Positions 47,269-56,577 of a stretch of 59,274 nt of DNA are shown here, in pieces. Position 1 is the stretch's first letter. The number at the start of each line of letters is the position of its first letter. The stretch is from assembly GCA_038869755.1 (NCBI GenBank), contig JAWCQN010000004.1, forward strand, positions 1 to 59,274, given 5' to 3'. The DNA comes from Candidatus Pacearchaeota archaeon (GTDB lineage Archaea; Nanobdellota; Nanobdellia; Pacearchaeales; GW2011-AR1). Below the pieces are notes generated by a model. It was not told the DNA's origin, did no database searches, and saw only the letters and a program-made list of their open reading frames with translations. Made by a program: the position numbers and the translations under genes.

Positions 47269-48621
47269 TTAAGAAAATTTCCTTATTAATTTTACAACTT
47301 CTCTCTTTTTTTCAATCATTAGTTTTTTATTATCAGCTTCCAGATTAAGCCTTACTAAAGGCTCTGTATTACTTTTTCTAATATTAAACCACCAATCTTT
47401 GAAATAAATTGTCAAGCCATCAAAATTATCTGTTTTTTCAGCTTTTTTTGAGTAATGCTTTTTTATTTCATCAAATATTTTATCCTTGTTTTTTTCTACG
47501 ATTTTAAGACTTTTTTCATCAATCTTTCTGTATTTTTTAAATTCCCTCACCATATCTGAAAATTTGCCTGCATACTGGGAATATATCTCTGCCACAATTA
47601 AAAATGTTATAATCCCTGAGTCAACATAATAATTTTTCTTGTAATAAAAATGTCCTGAGTTTTCAGCACCAAACTCTGCATTAACTTTTCTCATGGTTCT
47701 TTTCATAAATAAATGTCCTACTCTTTCTTTGAAAGCCTTTCCGCCGTATTTCTCAGCTATTTCTTGAACTACTTTGCTCATTACCGAATTGTAAACAAAT
47801 TTACTTTTTGGTTTTTTTTCCAGAATATGTTTTATTATAAGAGAAGCAATAAGTGAACTATCTGTCCTGTGGGCTTTTTCATTAACAAAAACAACCCTGT
47901 CAATATCTCCATCAAAGGCCACTCCAAAATCACATTTTTTTTCCTTCATAATTTTTTCAAGATGCAACACATTTTTTCTTTTAGATGGATTTGCATCGTG
48001 ATCTGGAAATCTTCCATCTAAGTTAAAATCAAGCGGAATAACCTGAATTGGCAGATTTTTGGAAATAAGCGGGAAAAATTTTCCGGCCATACCATTCCCG
48101 GCATCAACTATTATTTTCATTTTTCTTAATTTTTTAATATTGATAAAAGAGTGAACATGTTCTACATATTGCCTTGTTATATCCTTCCTGATAATTTTTC
48201 CTTTTTTTGTCTTGAATTTAAAATCATTTTTTTCTGCAATTTTTCTTATTTTGTCAAGATCCCTTCCATTGTTTATAGGTATTGCATTGGCAAGAGAAAA
48301 TTTTATTCCGTTATACTCTGAAGGGTTATGTGAAGCGGTAATCATTGCTCCCGGTTTTTTAAAAAAAGCTGTTGCAAAATACAATGCATCAGAGCTTACA
48401 AGTCCTATATCTATTGCATTTGCTCCCTCATCAATTACTCCTTTAATAAATGCCTTTGCAAGAACAGGAGAACTCAACCTCATATCTCTTCCAATAATGA
48501 CATTCTTGCATTTAAAATAGATAACGAAGGCCCTTGCAACTCTGTAAACTAACTCGCTGGTTACCTCTTTCCCGTACCTCCCCCTTATATCATTAAGATT
48601 AAATGCTTTTGAAAAATCCAT
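47269..48621 (-). CDS. Phosphomannomutase/phosphoglucomutase
   Basis: DIRG, ITASHNP, FDGDIDR, AENSGHFY, R.SNTEP. Confidence 0.93.
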   Translation of the reverse strand: MDFSKAFNLNDIRGRYGKEVTSELVYRVARAFVIYFKCKNVIIGRDMRLSSPVLAKAFIKGVIDEGANAIDIGLVSSDALYFATAFFKKPGAMITASHNPSEYNGIKFSLANAIPINNGRDLDKIRKIAEKNDFKFKTKKGKIIRKDITRQYVEHVHSFINIKKLRKMKIIVDAGNGMAGKFFPLISKNLPIQVIPLDFNLDGRFPDHDANPSKRKNVLHLEKIMKEKKCDFGVAFDGDIDRVVFVNEKAHRTDSSLIASLIIKHILEKKPKSKFVYNSVMSKVVQEIAEKYGGKAFKERVGHLFMKRTMRKVNAEFGAENSGHFYYKKNYYVDSGIITFLIVAEIYSQYAGKFSDMVREFKKYRKIDEKSLKIVEKNKDKIFDEIKKHYSKKAEKTDNFDGLTIYFKDWWFNIRKSNTEPLVRLNLEADNKKLMIEKKREVVKLIRKFS

Positions 48622-48693
48622 ATAGCCTATTTAACAATATAAAGAAGAAAGCAAGGTTTTTAAGAGTGTTGATATTATCTATTTAAATAAAAA

Positions 48694-49458
48694 ATGGTAT
48701 TGTCAATAGATATTGGAGCTACAAATATAAGAATAGCTGAAGTGAAAGACCATAAGGTAACTAATAAAATAAAAACAAAAACTCCAAGAACAAAAAATGA
48801 AATAATTAAATGTTTAATTGAATTGGTAAATAAGTATGATGATAAAAAAGTAATCTGTATTGGAATAGCAGGATTTGTGAAAAACGCTAAAATTTATGGA
48901 ACTCCGAATATGGATTTAAATGGAGTAAATATAAAAAAAATTCTTGAAAAGAGATTTAATTCAAAAGTTTATCTGGATAATGATGCAAACTGTGCAGGCT
49001 TGGGTGAGCTGTATTATGGACATGGAAAAAACAAAAAAAATTTCGTTTTGCTGACACTTGGAACAGGAATTGGAGGAGCTGTCATAATAAACAGGAATTT
49101 GTATAGGGGAACAGGATTTGCAGGAGAGCCGGGACATATGATTATTCCAGAAGGTATTTTTGAAAAAATCTCTTCTGGAAAAAAATATCAGGATTTGATA
49201 AAAAAATATCCTAATAAAAAAAATAAAATCATCGACAAGATATCAAAAAATCTTGCTGTAGGTATATTAAACATTTCGTATATCTTAGATCCCGAAATTA
49301 TTATCTTAGGAGGAGGATTTTCTGAACTGAAAGATTTAATTGAAAAGGTCAGAAAAAAATTCCATGAAATGGACATAATAAAAAGAAAGATCCCTGTCGT
49401 TCATGCCAAATTAGGAGACAATGCAGGTCTAATTGGAGCTGCACTCCTAAAGAGATAA
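48694..49458 (+). CDS. ROK-family sugar kinase
   Basis: IDIGAT, NDANCA.LGE, TLGTGIGG, AGEPGH, ILGGG, AGLIGAA. Confidence 0.9.
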   Translation: MVLSIDIGATNIRIAEVKDHKVTNKIKTKTPRTKNEIIKCLIELVNKYDDKKVICIGIAGFVKNAKIYGTPNMDLNGVNIKKILEKRFNSKVYLDNDANCAGLGELYYGHGKNKKNFVLLTLGTGIGGAVIINRNLYRGTGFAGEPGHMIIPEGIFEKISSGKKYQDLIKKYPNKKNKIIDKISKNLAVGILNISYILDPEIIILGGGFSELKDLIEKVRKKFHEMDIIKRKIPVVHAKLGDNAGLIGAALLKR

Positions 49459-49498
49459 TAAACGCAATATTTTAAAAGACCAAATTCTTTAATCATCT

Positions 49499-51703
49499 AT
49501 GGAAAAAAAGGGGGGCAATATAATTCTCTTTGTAGGATCCTATCCTCCAAGAGAGTGTGGAATTGCAACATTTACAAAAGACTTAACAGATGCTATCGAT
49601 AAAAAATTTAATCCCTTCATTAAAACAAAAATTCTTGCGATGAACAACAATGGCGTTAACATATACAACTATAAAAAAAAGGTTATATATCAGTTAGGCG
49701 ACACTGAAAAAGAAGATTATATAAAAATAGCCGAGAAAATAAATTCGAACAATTCTATAAAACTAATTTGCATACAACACGAATTTGGAATATTTGGAGG
49801 AGAGCTTGGAGAATACCTAATAAGTTTTCTAAAAACCCTGAAAAAACCAAAGATTATCACTTTCCATAGCATACTTCCCAAACCAAATGAAAAAAGAATG
49901 CAGGTTGTCAGAGATATATCAGAAAATGTCGACGAAATAATAGTAATGACACAAAAAGGAATTGAAATCCTAAAAAATGAGTATAATATTCAAACTCCGA
50001 TAAAAGTTATCCCGCATGGAATCCCAACAGTTGCATTTGAGTCACAGTTTAAAACCAAAAAAACCCTTGGTTATCAAAATAATATAATATTATCTTCGTT
50101 CGGAATGATTAATTCCGGAAAGGGATATGAATATGTTATTGAAGCCCTTCCTGAAATAGTAAAAAAGTATCCTAATCTAATTTACTTAATTGTCGGCGCC
50201 ACTCACCCAATTGTTAGGAGAAATGAAGGAGAGTCTTACAGAAATTTTCTTGGAGAGAAAGTCAAATCACTTAGTCTAGAAAAAAATGTCAAGTTCTACA
50301 ATAAATATACGACACTAAAGGAAATTATATATTATTTAAAAGCGACAGACGTATATATTTCGTCGTCATTAACTCCGGAACAGATAACATCAGGGACTTT
50401 AGTATATGCGATGGGATGTGGAAGAGCAACTATTTCAACACCATTTTTACATGCACAGGATGTAATAAATCATGAAAGAGGAATATTATTAAATGATTTT
50501 AGAAACCCGGAATCCTTCAAAGAAGCAATATTAAAAATACTTTCAGACAGAAAGAAACTTAAGGAGATAGAACAAAACAGTTATTCTTACACAAGACATA
50601 TGACCTGGCCAAATGTTGCTATTGCCTATGGAGAAAGTATAAGGAAGTATATTTATATGCCTGAGATTTATTTTGAAATTCTTCCAAAAATAAACACGAA
50701 ACACATAAGAAAAATGACTGACAATTTTGGAATAATGCAATTTTCCAAATATACTTCTCCGGATATTGATTCTGGATACACCTTAGATGACAATGCAAGG
50801 GCCTTAATTGTCGCTGGAAAGCTATATTTAAAATCCAGGAATAAGAAATTTTTAAGGCTGATTTCAACTTATTTAAGTTTTATAAGATATGTCCTTAATT
50901 ACGACGGAAAACTTTTTAATATAGTATCTAAAGAAAAAATGATTGATAAAAATTCCTGGAGTGAGGAAGCACAGGGCAGGGCTATTAAATCACTTGGATA
51001 TATTTTATCTATACAAGGAATTCCTGAAAACATAAAAAAAGAGGCAAAAAGCCTTTTTTTCGCATCATTGTCAGGAGCAAAAGAAATTAAAGCTCCAAGA
51101 GCGTTATCATCTCTAATATCTGGTTTATATTATTATAATAAAGAGAATTATTCTCAAAAAATTATAGGGTTGATAAAAAATTATTCTCAAAGGCTTGTTG
51201 ATTTGTATGAAAGCAATAAGGAAAAAAACTGGAAATGGTTTGAACCTGTTCTAACTTATTCAAACTGCAAAATTCCCAGAGCTTTGTTACATTCATATAT
51301 AGCAACGCAAGACAAAAAATATCTTGATATAGGATTAGAATCCTTAAATTTCCTGTTATCAAAAACATTTGAGGGTAAAATTTTTGTTCCAATAGGACAA
51401 AATGGCTGGTATAAAAAAGAAAAAAGAAGATCTTATTTTGACCAGCAGCCAATTGATGCAGCCTCCATGGTTGAAACACTAACTTTGGCCTATAAAATTA
51501 CAAACAATCCTGAATACGAAAAAAAGTCCTTAATAGCATTTAACTGGTTTTTGGGAAATAATACATTAAATCAGATAATTTACGATGAACAAACAGGTGG
51601 ATGTTATGATGGCCTTGGAAAAGAGGCCATAAATCTAAATCAAGGCGCAGAATCAACTCTTTCATATTTAACAGCAAGGCTGACTTTAGAGGAGATTAGT
51701 TAG
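49499..51703 (+). CDS. GT4 glycosyltransferase fused to an (alpha/alpha)-barrel-like domain
   Basis: YPPRECGIATF, IQHEFGIFGG, QITSGTL.YA; C-terminal GYTLDDNARAL, WFE..LTY.N, FDQQPIDA, CYDGL...NLNQGAES. Confidence 0.85.
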   Translation: MEKKGGNIILFVGSYPPRECGIATFTKDLTDAIDKKFNPFIKTKILAMNNNGVNIYNYKKKVIYQLGDTEKEDYIKIAEKINSNNSIKLICIQHEFGIFGGELGEYLISFLKTLKKPKIITFHSILPKPNEKRMQVVRDISENVDEIIVMTQKGIEILKNEYNIQTPIKVIPHGIPTVAFESQFKTKKTLGYQNNIILSSFGMINSGKGYEYVIEALPEIVKKYPNLIYLIVGATHPIVRRNEGESYRNFLGEKVKSLSLEKNVKFYNKYTTLKEIIYYLKATDVYISSSLTPEQITSGTLVYAMGCGRATISTPFLHAQDVINHERGILLNDFRNPESFKEAILKILSDRKKLKEIEQNSYSYTRHMTWPNVAIAYGESIRKYIYMPEIYFEILPKINTKHIRKMTDNFGIMQFSKYTSPDIDSGYTLDDNARALIVAGKLYLKSRNKKFLRLISTYLSFIRYVLNYDGKLFNIVSKEKMIDKNSWSEEAQGRAIKSLGYILSIQGIPENIKKEAKSLFFASLSGAKEIKAPRALSSLISGLYYYNKENYSQKIIGLIKNYSQRLVDLYESNKEKNWKWFEPVLTYSNCKIPRALLHSYIATQDKKYLDIGLESLNFLLSKTFEGKIFVPIGQNGWYKKEKRRSYFDQQPIDAASMVETLTLAYKITNNPEYEKKSLIAFNWFLGNNTLNQIIYDEQTGGCYDGLGKEAINLNQGAESTLSYLTARLTLEEIS

Positions 51704-51794
51704 CATTCTCACAAACAAAATATTTCTTGTTTTATTTATTTAGTAAAATTTTTGTATTAGAAATATTTTAATACCTGCCAGTTTTATTTAAATT

Positions 51795-52919
51795 ATGGAT
51801 TTAAAAAAAGAGGCCTACAATAAATCTATCGAAATTCTGGAGAAAATATCAACTCCAAACGGATTTTTTGCAGGCTATCCGGGATATGATGCCATATGGG
51901 CAAGAGATTCAATGATAATTTCCCTTGGAGCTTCTCTTTTAGGAAATAAATTCAAGAACACTTTTGAAAAATCTTTAATAACATTATCAGATAACCAGTC
52001 ACTAAATGGACAAATTCCAAATGCAGTTGACAAGTTTGCTAAAAGAAAACCCCGCGTAGATTTTCAGTCAATTGATTCAAGTTTATGGTATATAATAGGA
52101 CATTATATATACAAAAAAAGGTATAATGATTCATCTTTATTTGATAAATATGGAAAAAATATAGAAAAAGCCTTTATATGGCTAAAGTATCAGGACACTG
52201 GGGAAGATTCAATGCTTGAACAACAGCCTACAAGTGACTGGTTTGACGCATTTCCCCACAGATATGGACATACTATTAACACCCAAGCACTATATTATAG
52301 ATCTCTTATATTGAATGGAAGGAAAAAAGAAGCTGATAAACTAAAATGGATGTGTAACAAACATAAAGACAATGCTTTATGGAGTCATGAGTTTGGATTT
52401 TATCTTACTTACAGGTGGAAAAACCACGGGAAATATCATGAAAAAGGAGATTGGTTTGATTCTCTGGGAAATTTATTGGCAATTATCTTTGAACTGGCAG
52501 ATAATAATAAAAGTGAAAAAATTTTAAGTTACATAAAATCAAATAAAATTGACAAACCATATCCGGTAAGATGTATTTATCCGCCATTAACCAAAAATAG
52601 CAAATACTGGTATGATTATTTTGAAGATTGCTCTGCAAAAGATCCTTGGCATTACTCCAATGCAGGAATCTGGACTTACATAGGAGGGTTTTATATCCTC
52701 GCACTGATTAAAATGAAAAAATTTAAGGAAGCAGAATACCAGCTTGGGAAATTAGCAGAAGCAAATATGCAAAATAATGGAAATTTTGCAGAGTGGCTTA
52801 ATGGAAAAACCGGAAAAATAGGAACCTCTCAATCAGGAAAAGAAGGATATCAGGGATGGAACGCAGGAATGTATATATTAGCATATGAATCCCTAAAACA
52901 AAAAAAATGTTTAATCTAA
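51795..52919 (+). CDS. (alpha/alpha)6 glycoside hydrolase (GH100 / amylo-alpha-1,6-glucosidase C-terminal-like)
   Basis: IWARDS, DSSLWY, DW.D, Y.NAGIW, FAEW, QGWNA. Confidence 0.75.
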   Translation: MDLKKEAYNKSIEILEKISTPNGFFAGYPGYDAIWARDSMIISLGASLLGNKFKNTFEKSLITLSDNQSLNGQIPNAVDKFAKRKPRVDFQSIDSSLWYIIGHYIYKKRYNDSSLFDKYGKNIEKAFIWLKYQDTGEDSMLEQQPTSDWFDAFPHRYGHTINTQALYYRSLILNGRKKEADKLKWMCNKHKDNALWSHEFGFYLTYRWKNHGKYHEKGDWFDSLGNLLAIIFELADNNKSEKILSYIKSNKIDKPYPVRCIYPPLTKNSKYWYDYFEDCSAKDPWHYSNAGIWTYIGGFYILALIKMKKFKEAEYQLGKLAEANMQNNGNFAEWLNGKTGKIGTSQSGKEGYQGWNAGMYILAYESLKQKKCLI

Positions 52920-52921
52920 CT

Positions 52922-54061
52922 TTATTTGAAATGTTGGTTTATCAAGTCTAACATTTTTTTAGCAACAATTTTATAATGAAAGTTTTTTAATGCGTAATCT
53001 GCAGCTTCTCTTCCCATCTGTTCTCTTAAAAGGTCGTCTTTTAATAATTTAAGAGTATAATCTGCAAGTTGTAGAACATCTGCCCTATAGGCAAATGTTT
53101 TTGGTTTATCAAAAACAATCTGGTGTTTTTCTTCAAAACCCATCCATGGATATGCCCACTCTCTTTCAAGTTTTACTTCAGACTCAACATCAACTAAAAA
53201 TCCTGTTTTTCCATGGACAATCACATCTCTTGGACCTCCAACATTTATTGAAATTACAGGCTTGCCACATGCCTGAGCTTCCAATTGAATCATTCCAAAT
53301 CCTTCAAGTCTGGATGGGCCTGCATAGATGTCGCACGCCTGTATCAAAGAGGCCATAAATTCAGGAGAGTATTTTCCAGAAAGATAAATAACTTTATTTT
53401 TATCTATGCCAAGCTCATCTAAAAGTTTGTTTTCTTCATGGCCATGGTCTTCCGCAGAAAAGCTGTCATAAGTTTTTAAAACATATTTCCAGTTTGGAAA
53501 TTCTTTATCTATTAGTGCAAGAGCCTTAAACATCTCCTGAGCTCCTTTACTGGTAACATCTCCACCAGCTGTAAGAATCATTTTATCATGATCCAGAATT
53601 CCAAGCAACTCCCTTAATTTTTTCACACCAAAGCTATCCTTATCAACTGAATGAAATACTTCTGGATCAAAACCTATCGGACAAACTTTTATATTGTCCC
53701 CCTTGACCCCATCTCTTATATATGTGGATTTAACCCAGTTGCTTGTAGCTACTATTAAAGGCAGATTATTCAATGTGTGATGATAATTTGCAACCCAACC
53801 ATCTGCATTAAACCAAGGAACTGCCTTAAGCCCGTGGTTCATAGGACTATGTACAACTTCGGGAATATTTCCCCAGTATCCAATTCCCAAAACTATATCT
53901 GGATTAAATGCTTTGTACGCATGTAATTTTTGTAGATTATCAGCCCTGTCACATGGCATTACTTCAACTCCATTCTCAACTAACCCTTTTATCAAATAAT
54001 GTCCCTGCAAACTCTGTCCATCAGGTTCTGGAGGATGTGGATATAAAACCAATATTTTCAT
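52922..54061 (-). CDS. GT4 glycosyltransferase
   Basis: KGAQEM..A, PSRLEGFGMIQLEAQACGKPVI, GG..DVI.HG.TG. Confidence 0.9.
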   Translation of the reverse strand: MKILVLYPHPPEPDGQSLQGHYLIKGLVENGVEVMPCDRADNLQKLHAYKAFNPDIVLGIGYWGNIPEVVHSPMNHGLKAVPWFNADGWVANYHHTLNNLPLIVATSNWVKSTYIRDGVKGDNIKVCPIGFDPEVFHSVDKDSFGVKKLRELLGILDHDKMILTAGGDVTSKGAQEMFKALALIDKEFPNWKYVLKTYDSFSAEDHGHEENKLLDELGIDKNKVIYLSGKYSPEFMASLIQACDIYAGPSRLEGFGMIQLEAQACGKPVISINVGGPRDVIVHGKTGFLVDVESEVKLEREWAYPWMGFEEKHQIVFDKPKTFAYRADVLQLADYTLKLLKDDLLREQMGREAADYALKNFHYKIVAKKMLDLINQHFK

Positions 54062-54062
54062 T

Positions 54063-54665
54063 TTATAAGAATAACCTGCTAAATGATTCTTTACTATAAC
54101 AGCTTAAAGCTTCAAAACTATTTGTTTGAAAACCATACATATTCTTAATAATATTTAACTTGTCCTTATATAACTCTTCATTAAGTTCAATAATTACATC
54201 GGATTTTTTAGGAACAGGGAGTTTCAAATCAGGTATTCCCGGAGTTGATTTATCACTTAGTTTATAAGAAAAAAAATGAAGTTCGTCGCATAATAATTTT
54301 CCGGTTTTAACCATGATATCAACAGCTTTGTGAATTTCTTTATGTCTTATATGTCCATATTCCCCGTTTTCCCCATGAGTAAAAATATAATTAAAATTCC
54401 TAAAAGGGATATTATTCTCAATTACCTGAATAATATAGGAAATTGGTAATGGCTCAAGTTTTTCATCGTCCAGATCAGCAATAATAGGTATTGCCCCATA
54501 ATATTCACATACTTTTCTAAATTTCGGAGCCCTATCAGGATCATTTGCCCTGCATAAGGAAACTATGGTCCAGTTCCAATCCTTATTTTTCAGTATAATA
54601 CCTCCCATCCATATCGTCTCATCATCAGGATGAGCAACAATCACCAAAGCTTTTTTATCTGACAT
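54063..54665 (-). CDS. PIG-L/LmbE-family N-acetylglucosaminyl deacetylase
   Basis: VAHPDDET and TH...GEYGHIRH motifs. Confidence 0.88.
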   Translation of the reverse strand: MSDKKALVIVAHPDDETIWMGGIILKNKDWNWTIVSLCRANDPDRAPKFRKVCEYYGAIPIIADLDDEKLEPLPISYIIQVIENNIPFRNFNYIFTHGENGEYGHIRHKEIHKAVDIMVKTGKLLCDELHFFSYKLSDKSTPGIPDLKLPVPKKSDVIIELNEELYKDKLNIIKNMYGFQTNSFEALSCYSKESFSRLFL

Positions 54666-54707
54666 AAATAATCCAGATTAAGTGCTTATTTAAAATTTTT
54701 TATATTG

Positions 54708-55460
54708 TTATATAGACAATTTCAAATCACTGGCAACATCAGAGGAAATAATAAACTCTACATTTTTGTGCCTTCTTAAAATACTTGCCGGAATTTTCCT
54801 GCTGATTTTTCCTGACAATGTTTTCTTAATAGCAACACTCTTCTTTTTTCCGACAGCAATTAAAATTATCTTTTTTGAATTCATTATCGTCTTAATGCCC
54901 ATAGTCAATGCATATTTTGGAAAATTCTCGTTAAAGAAATATTTTGAATTTTGTTTTATTGTTGATTTTGATAATTTAACCATCCTTGTTAAACTCTGAA
55001 AAGAAGAATTTGGCTCGTTAAAACCTATATGCCCATTAACTCCTATACCAAGCACCTGAAGATCAATGCCGCCTTCCTCTTTTATCATTCTTTCATAATT
55101 CTTACATTCTTTTTCATAATCTTTGGTATTTCCGGACAAAAAATGTATGTTTTCCTCTTTTATGTTAACATGTCTAAAAAAATTTTTTTCCATAAAATAC
55201 CTAAAACTATTTCTGCTTTTTCCTGATATAGGATAATACTCATCAAGATTAAATGTCTTTACTCTGGAAAAATCAAAATGATGTTTTTTATAATGATAAA
55301 TTAATTCTTTGTAAAAAGGTTTCATTGTCTTCCCGGTTGCCAAACCAAAAACTAAATTTGGTTTCTTTTTTATTTCATTACACACAATTTTGGCAGCTTC
55401 CTTGAAAACATCTTTTTCAGTTTTTACAATTAATAATTTAAAATCACTTTTATTTATCAT
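54708..55460 (-). CDS. nagB: Glucosamine-6-phosphate deaminase
   Basis: GLATG.T, TFNLDEY, GGIDLQVLGIG.NGHIGFNEP, ALTMGI, PASIL..H. Confidence 0.93.
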   Translation of the reverse strand: MINKSDFKLLIVKTEKDVFKEAAKIVCNEIKKKPNLVFGLATGKTMKPFYKELIYHYKKHHFDFSRVKTFNLDEYYPISGKSRNSFRYFMEKNFFRHVNIKEENIHFLSGNTKDYEKECKNYERMIKEEGGIDLQVLGIGVNGHIGFNEPNSSFQSLTRMVKLSKSTIKQNSKYFFNENFPKYALTMGIKTIMNSKKIILIAVGKKKSVAIKKTLSGKISRKIPASILRRHKNVEFIISSDVASDLKLSI

Positions 55461-56542
55461 TTCATATTCAAATGCCTGAAAATTTCATTAAAAGAAATTT
55501 TCCTGACACTCACAACACTATCTGCACCACCAGCATATATAATCAAGGATTTTTTATCTTTAGTAGGAATGGCAGATGTAGGAAATACGACATTGGCCAG
55601 ATAACCTTCTTTCTCAAATTTTTCTGAAGGAGATATTAAAGGTTTATTAGGAGAAGACCTTGCTAAAACTATCTCTGGATTTTTTAAGTCCAATAAAGCT
55701 GCTCCTGCACTGTAAAATCTTTTTTCTCCTTCCTCTCTCATCCCATGATAAATAATCAGCCATCCTTTTTTGGTTTTTATTGGTGGACATCCTCCACCAA
55801 TTCTGTCAGCCTCCCATGTTCCAGGTCCTCTTGGCCTCATTAAATTTTTATCTTTACCCCAGTATATCAAATCCCTTGAATATGAAATCCATATTCCAGG
55901 TTTAGTGAAGTTAAAAAGACTTTCAGGCCTGTTTAAGGCAACATACTCTCCATTAATTTTTTCAGGAAATAAAACCACATCCTTATTTTGCTCCCTGAAT
56001 ATTAAACCCAAACGTTTCCATTTCTTTAAATCATCTGAAACAGCAAGATAAGTTGATACCCCTTCCTTAACTGAAACTCCTACATAGGTCATATAGTATT
56101 TTTCTTCTATTTGTGTAATTCTGGGATCTTCAACACCATAATCGCTCTCATCAGGAACCCCGCTAAATACCGGTTCATGCTCAATCTTATCAATATTATA
56201 CCCGTCTTCCTTAATAGTTATTTTTCTAAAATGAGAAATATGAGGAAGAATGCATGTTCCGTCCCTCAAATAAATTTCATTCCATTTCCCTGTCTTAAGG
56301 ACATCCTGCTCCATAATTGTTTTGTATTTTACTTTATATTGATATTTAGAAGTAATAAATGGGCACATTAAAGTTTTTCCTTTCTTATACTGTATGCCTG
56401 ATTCTGCAACTCTTACATACATAATTATCTTTCCGTTTTTGTCTCTGATGGCTCCTGGATTTAAAACACCAAGTATTTTCCAGTCTTTAAAACTCGGTCT
56501 TAAATTATCAGGAGACAATAACACCTTGCTTTTTTGTGACAT
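55457..56542 (-). CDS. GH130 beta-mannoside phosphorylase/hydrolase
   Basis: LNPGA, GVEDPRIT, NKDVVLFP, IGGGCPPIKT, YHG, NVVFP. Confidence 0.88.
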   Translation of the reverse strand: MSQKSKVLLSPDNLRPSFKDWKILGVLNPGAIRDKNGKIIMYVRVAESGIQYKKGKTLMCPFITSKYQYKVKYKTIMEQDVLKTGKWNEIYLRDGTCILPHISHFRKITIKEDGYNIDKIEHEPVFSGVPDESDYGVEDPRITQIEEKYYMTYVGVSVKEGVSTYLAVSDDLKKWKRLGLIFREQNKDVVLFPEKINGEYVALNRPESLFNFTKPGIWISYSRDLIYWGKDKNLMRPRGPGTWEADRIGGGCPPIKTKKGWLIIYHGMREEGEKRFYSAGAALLDLKNPEIVLARSSPNKPLISPSEKFEKEGYLANVVFPTSAIPTKDKKSLIIYAGGADSVVSVRKISFNEIFRHLNMK

Positions 56543-56577
56543 TTTAACTAAAAGGTTTATTTAATTTATAAACCATT

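Noticed and set aside
371-56371. Numerous short antisense or alternate-frame ORFs from the ORF track (e.g. 371..631, 4721..5074, 40742..41119)
   Set aside because: They lie inside well-supported genes and have Phe/Ser/Ile/Leu-rich shadow composition with no motifs.
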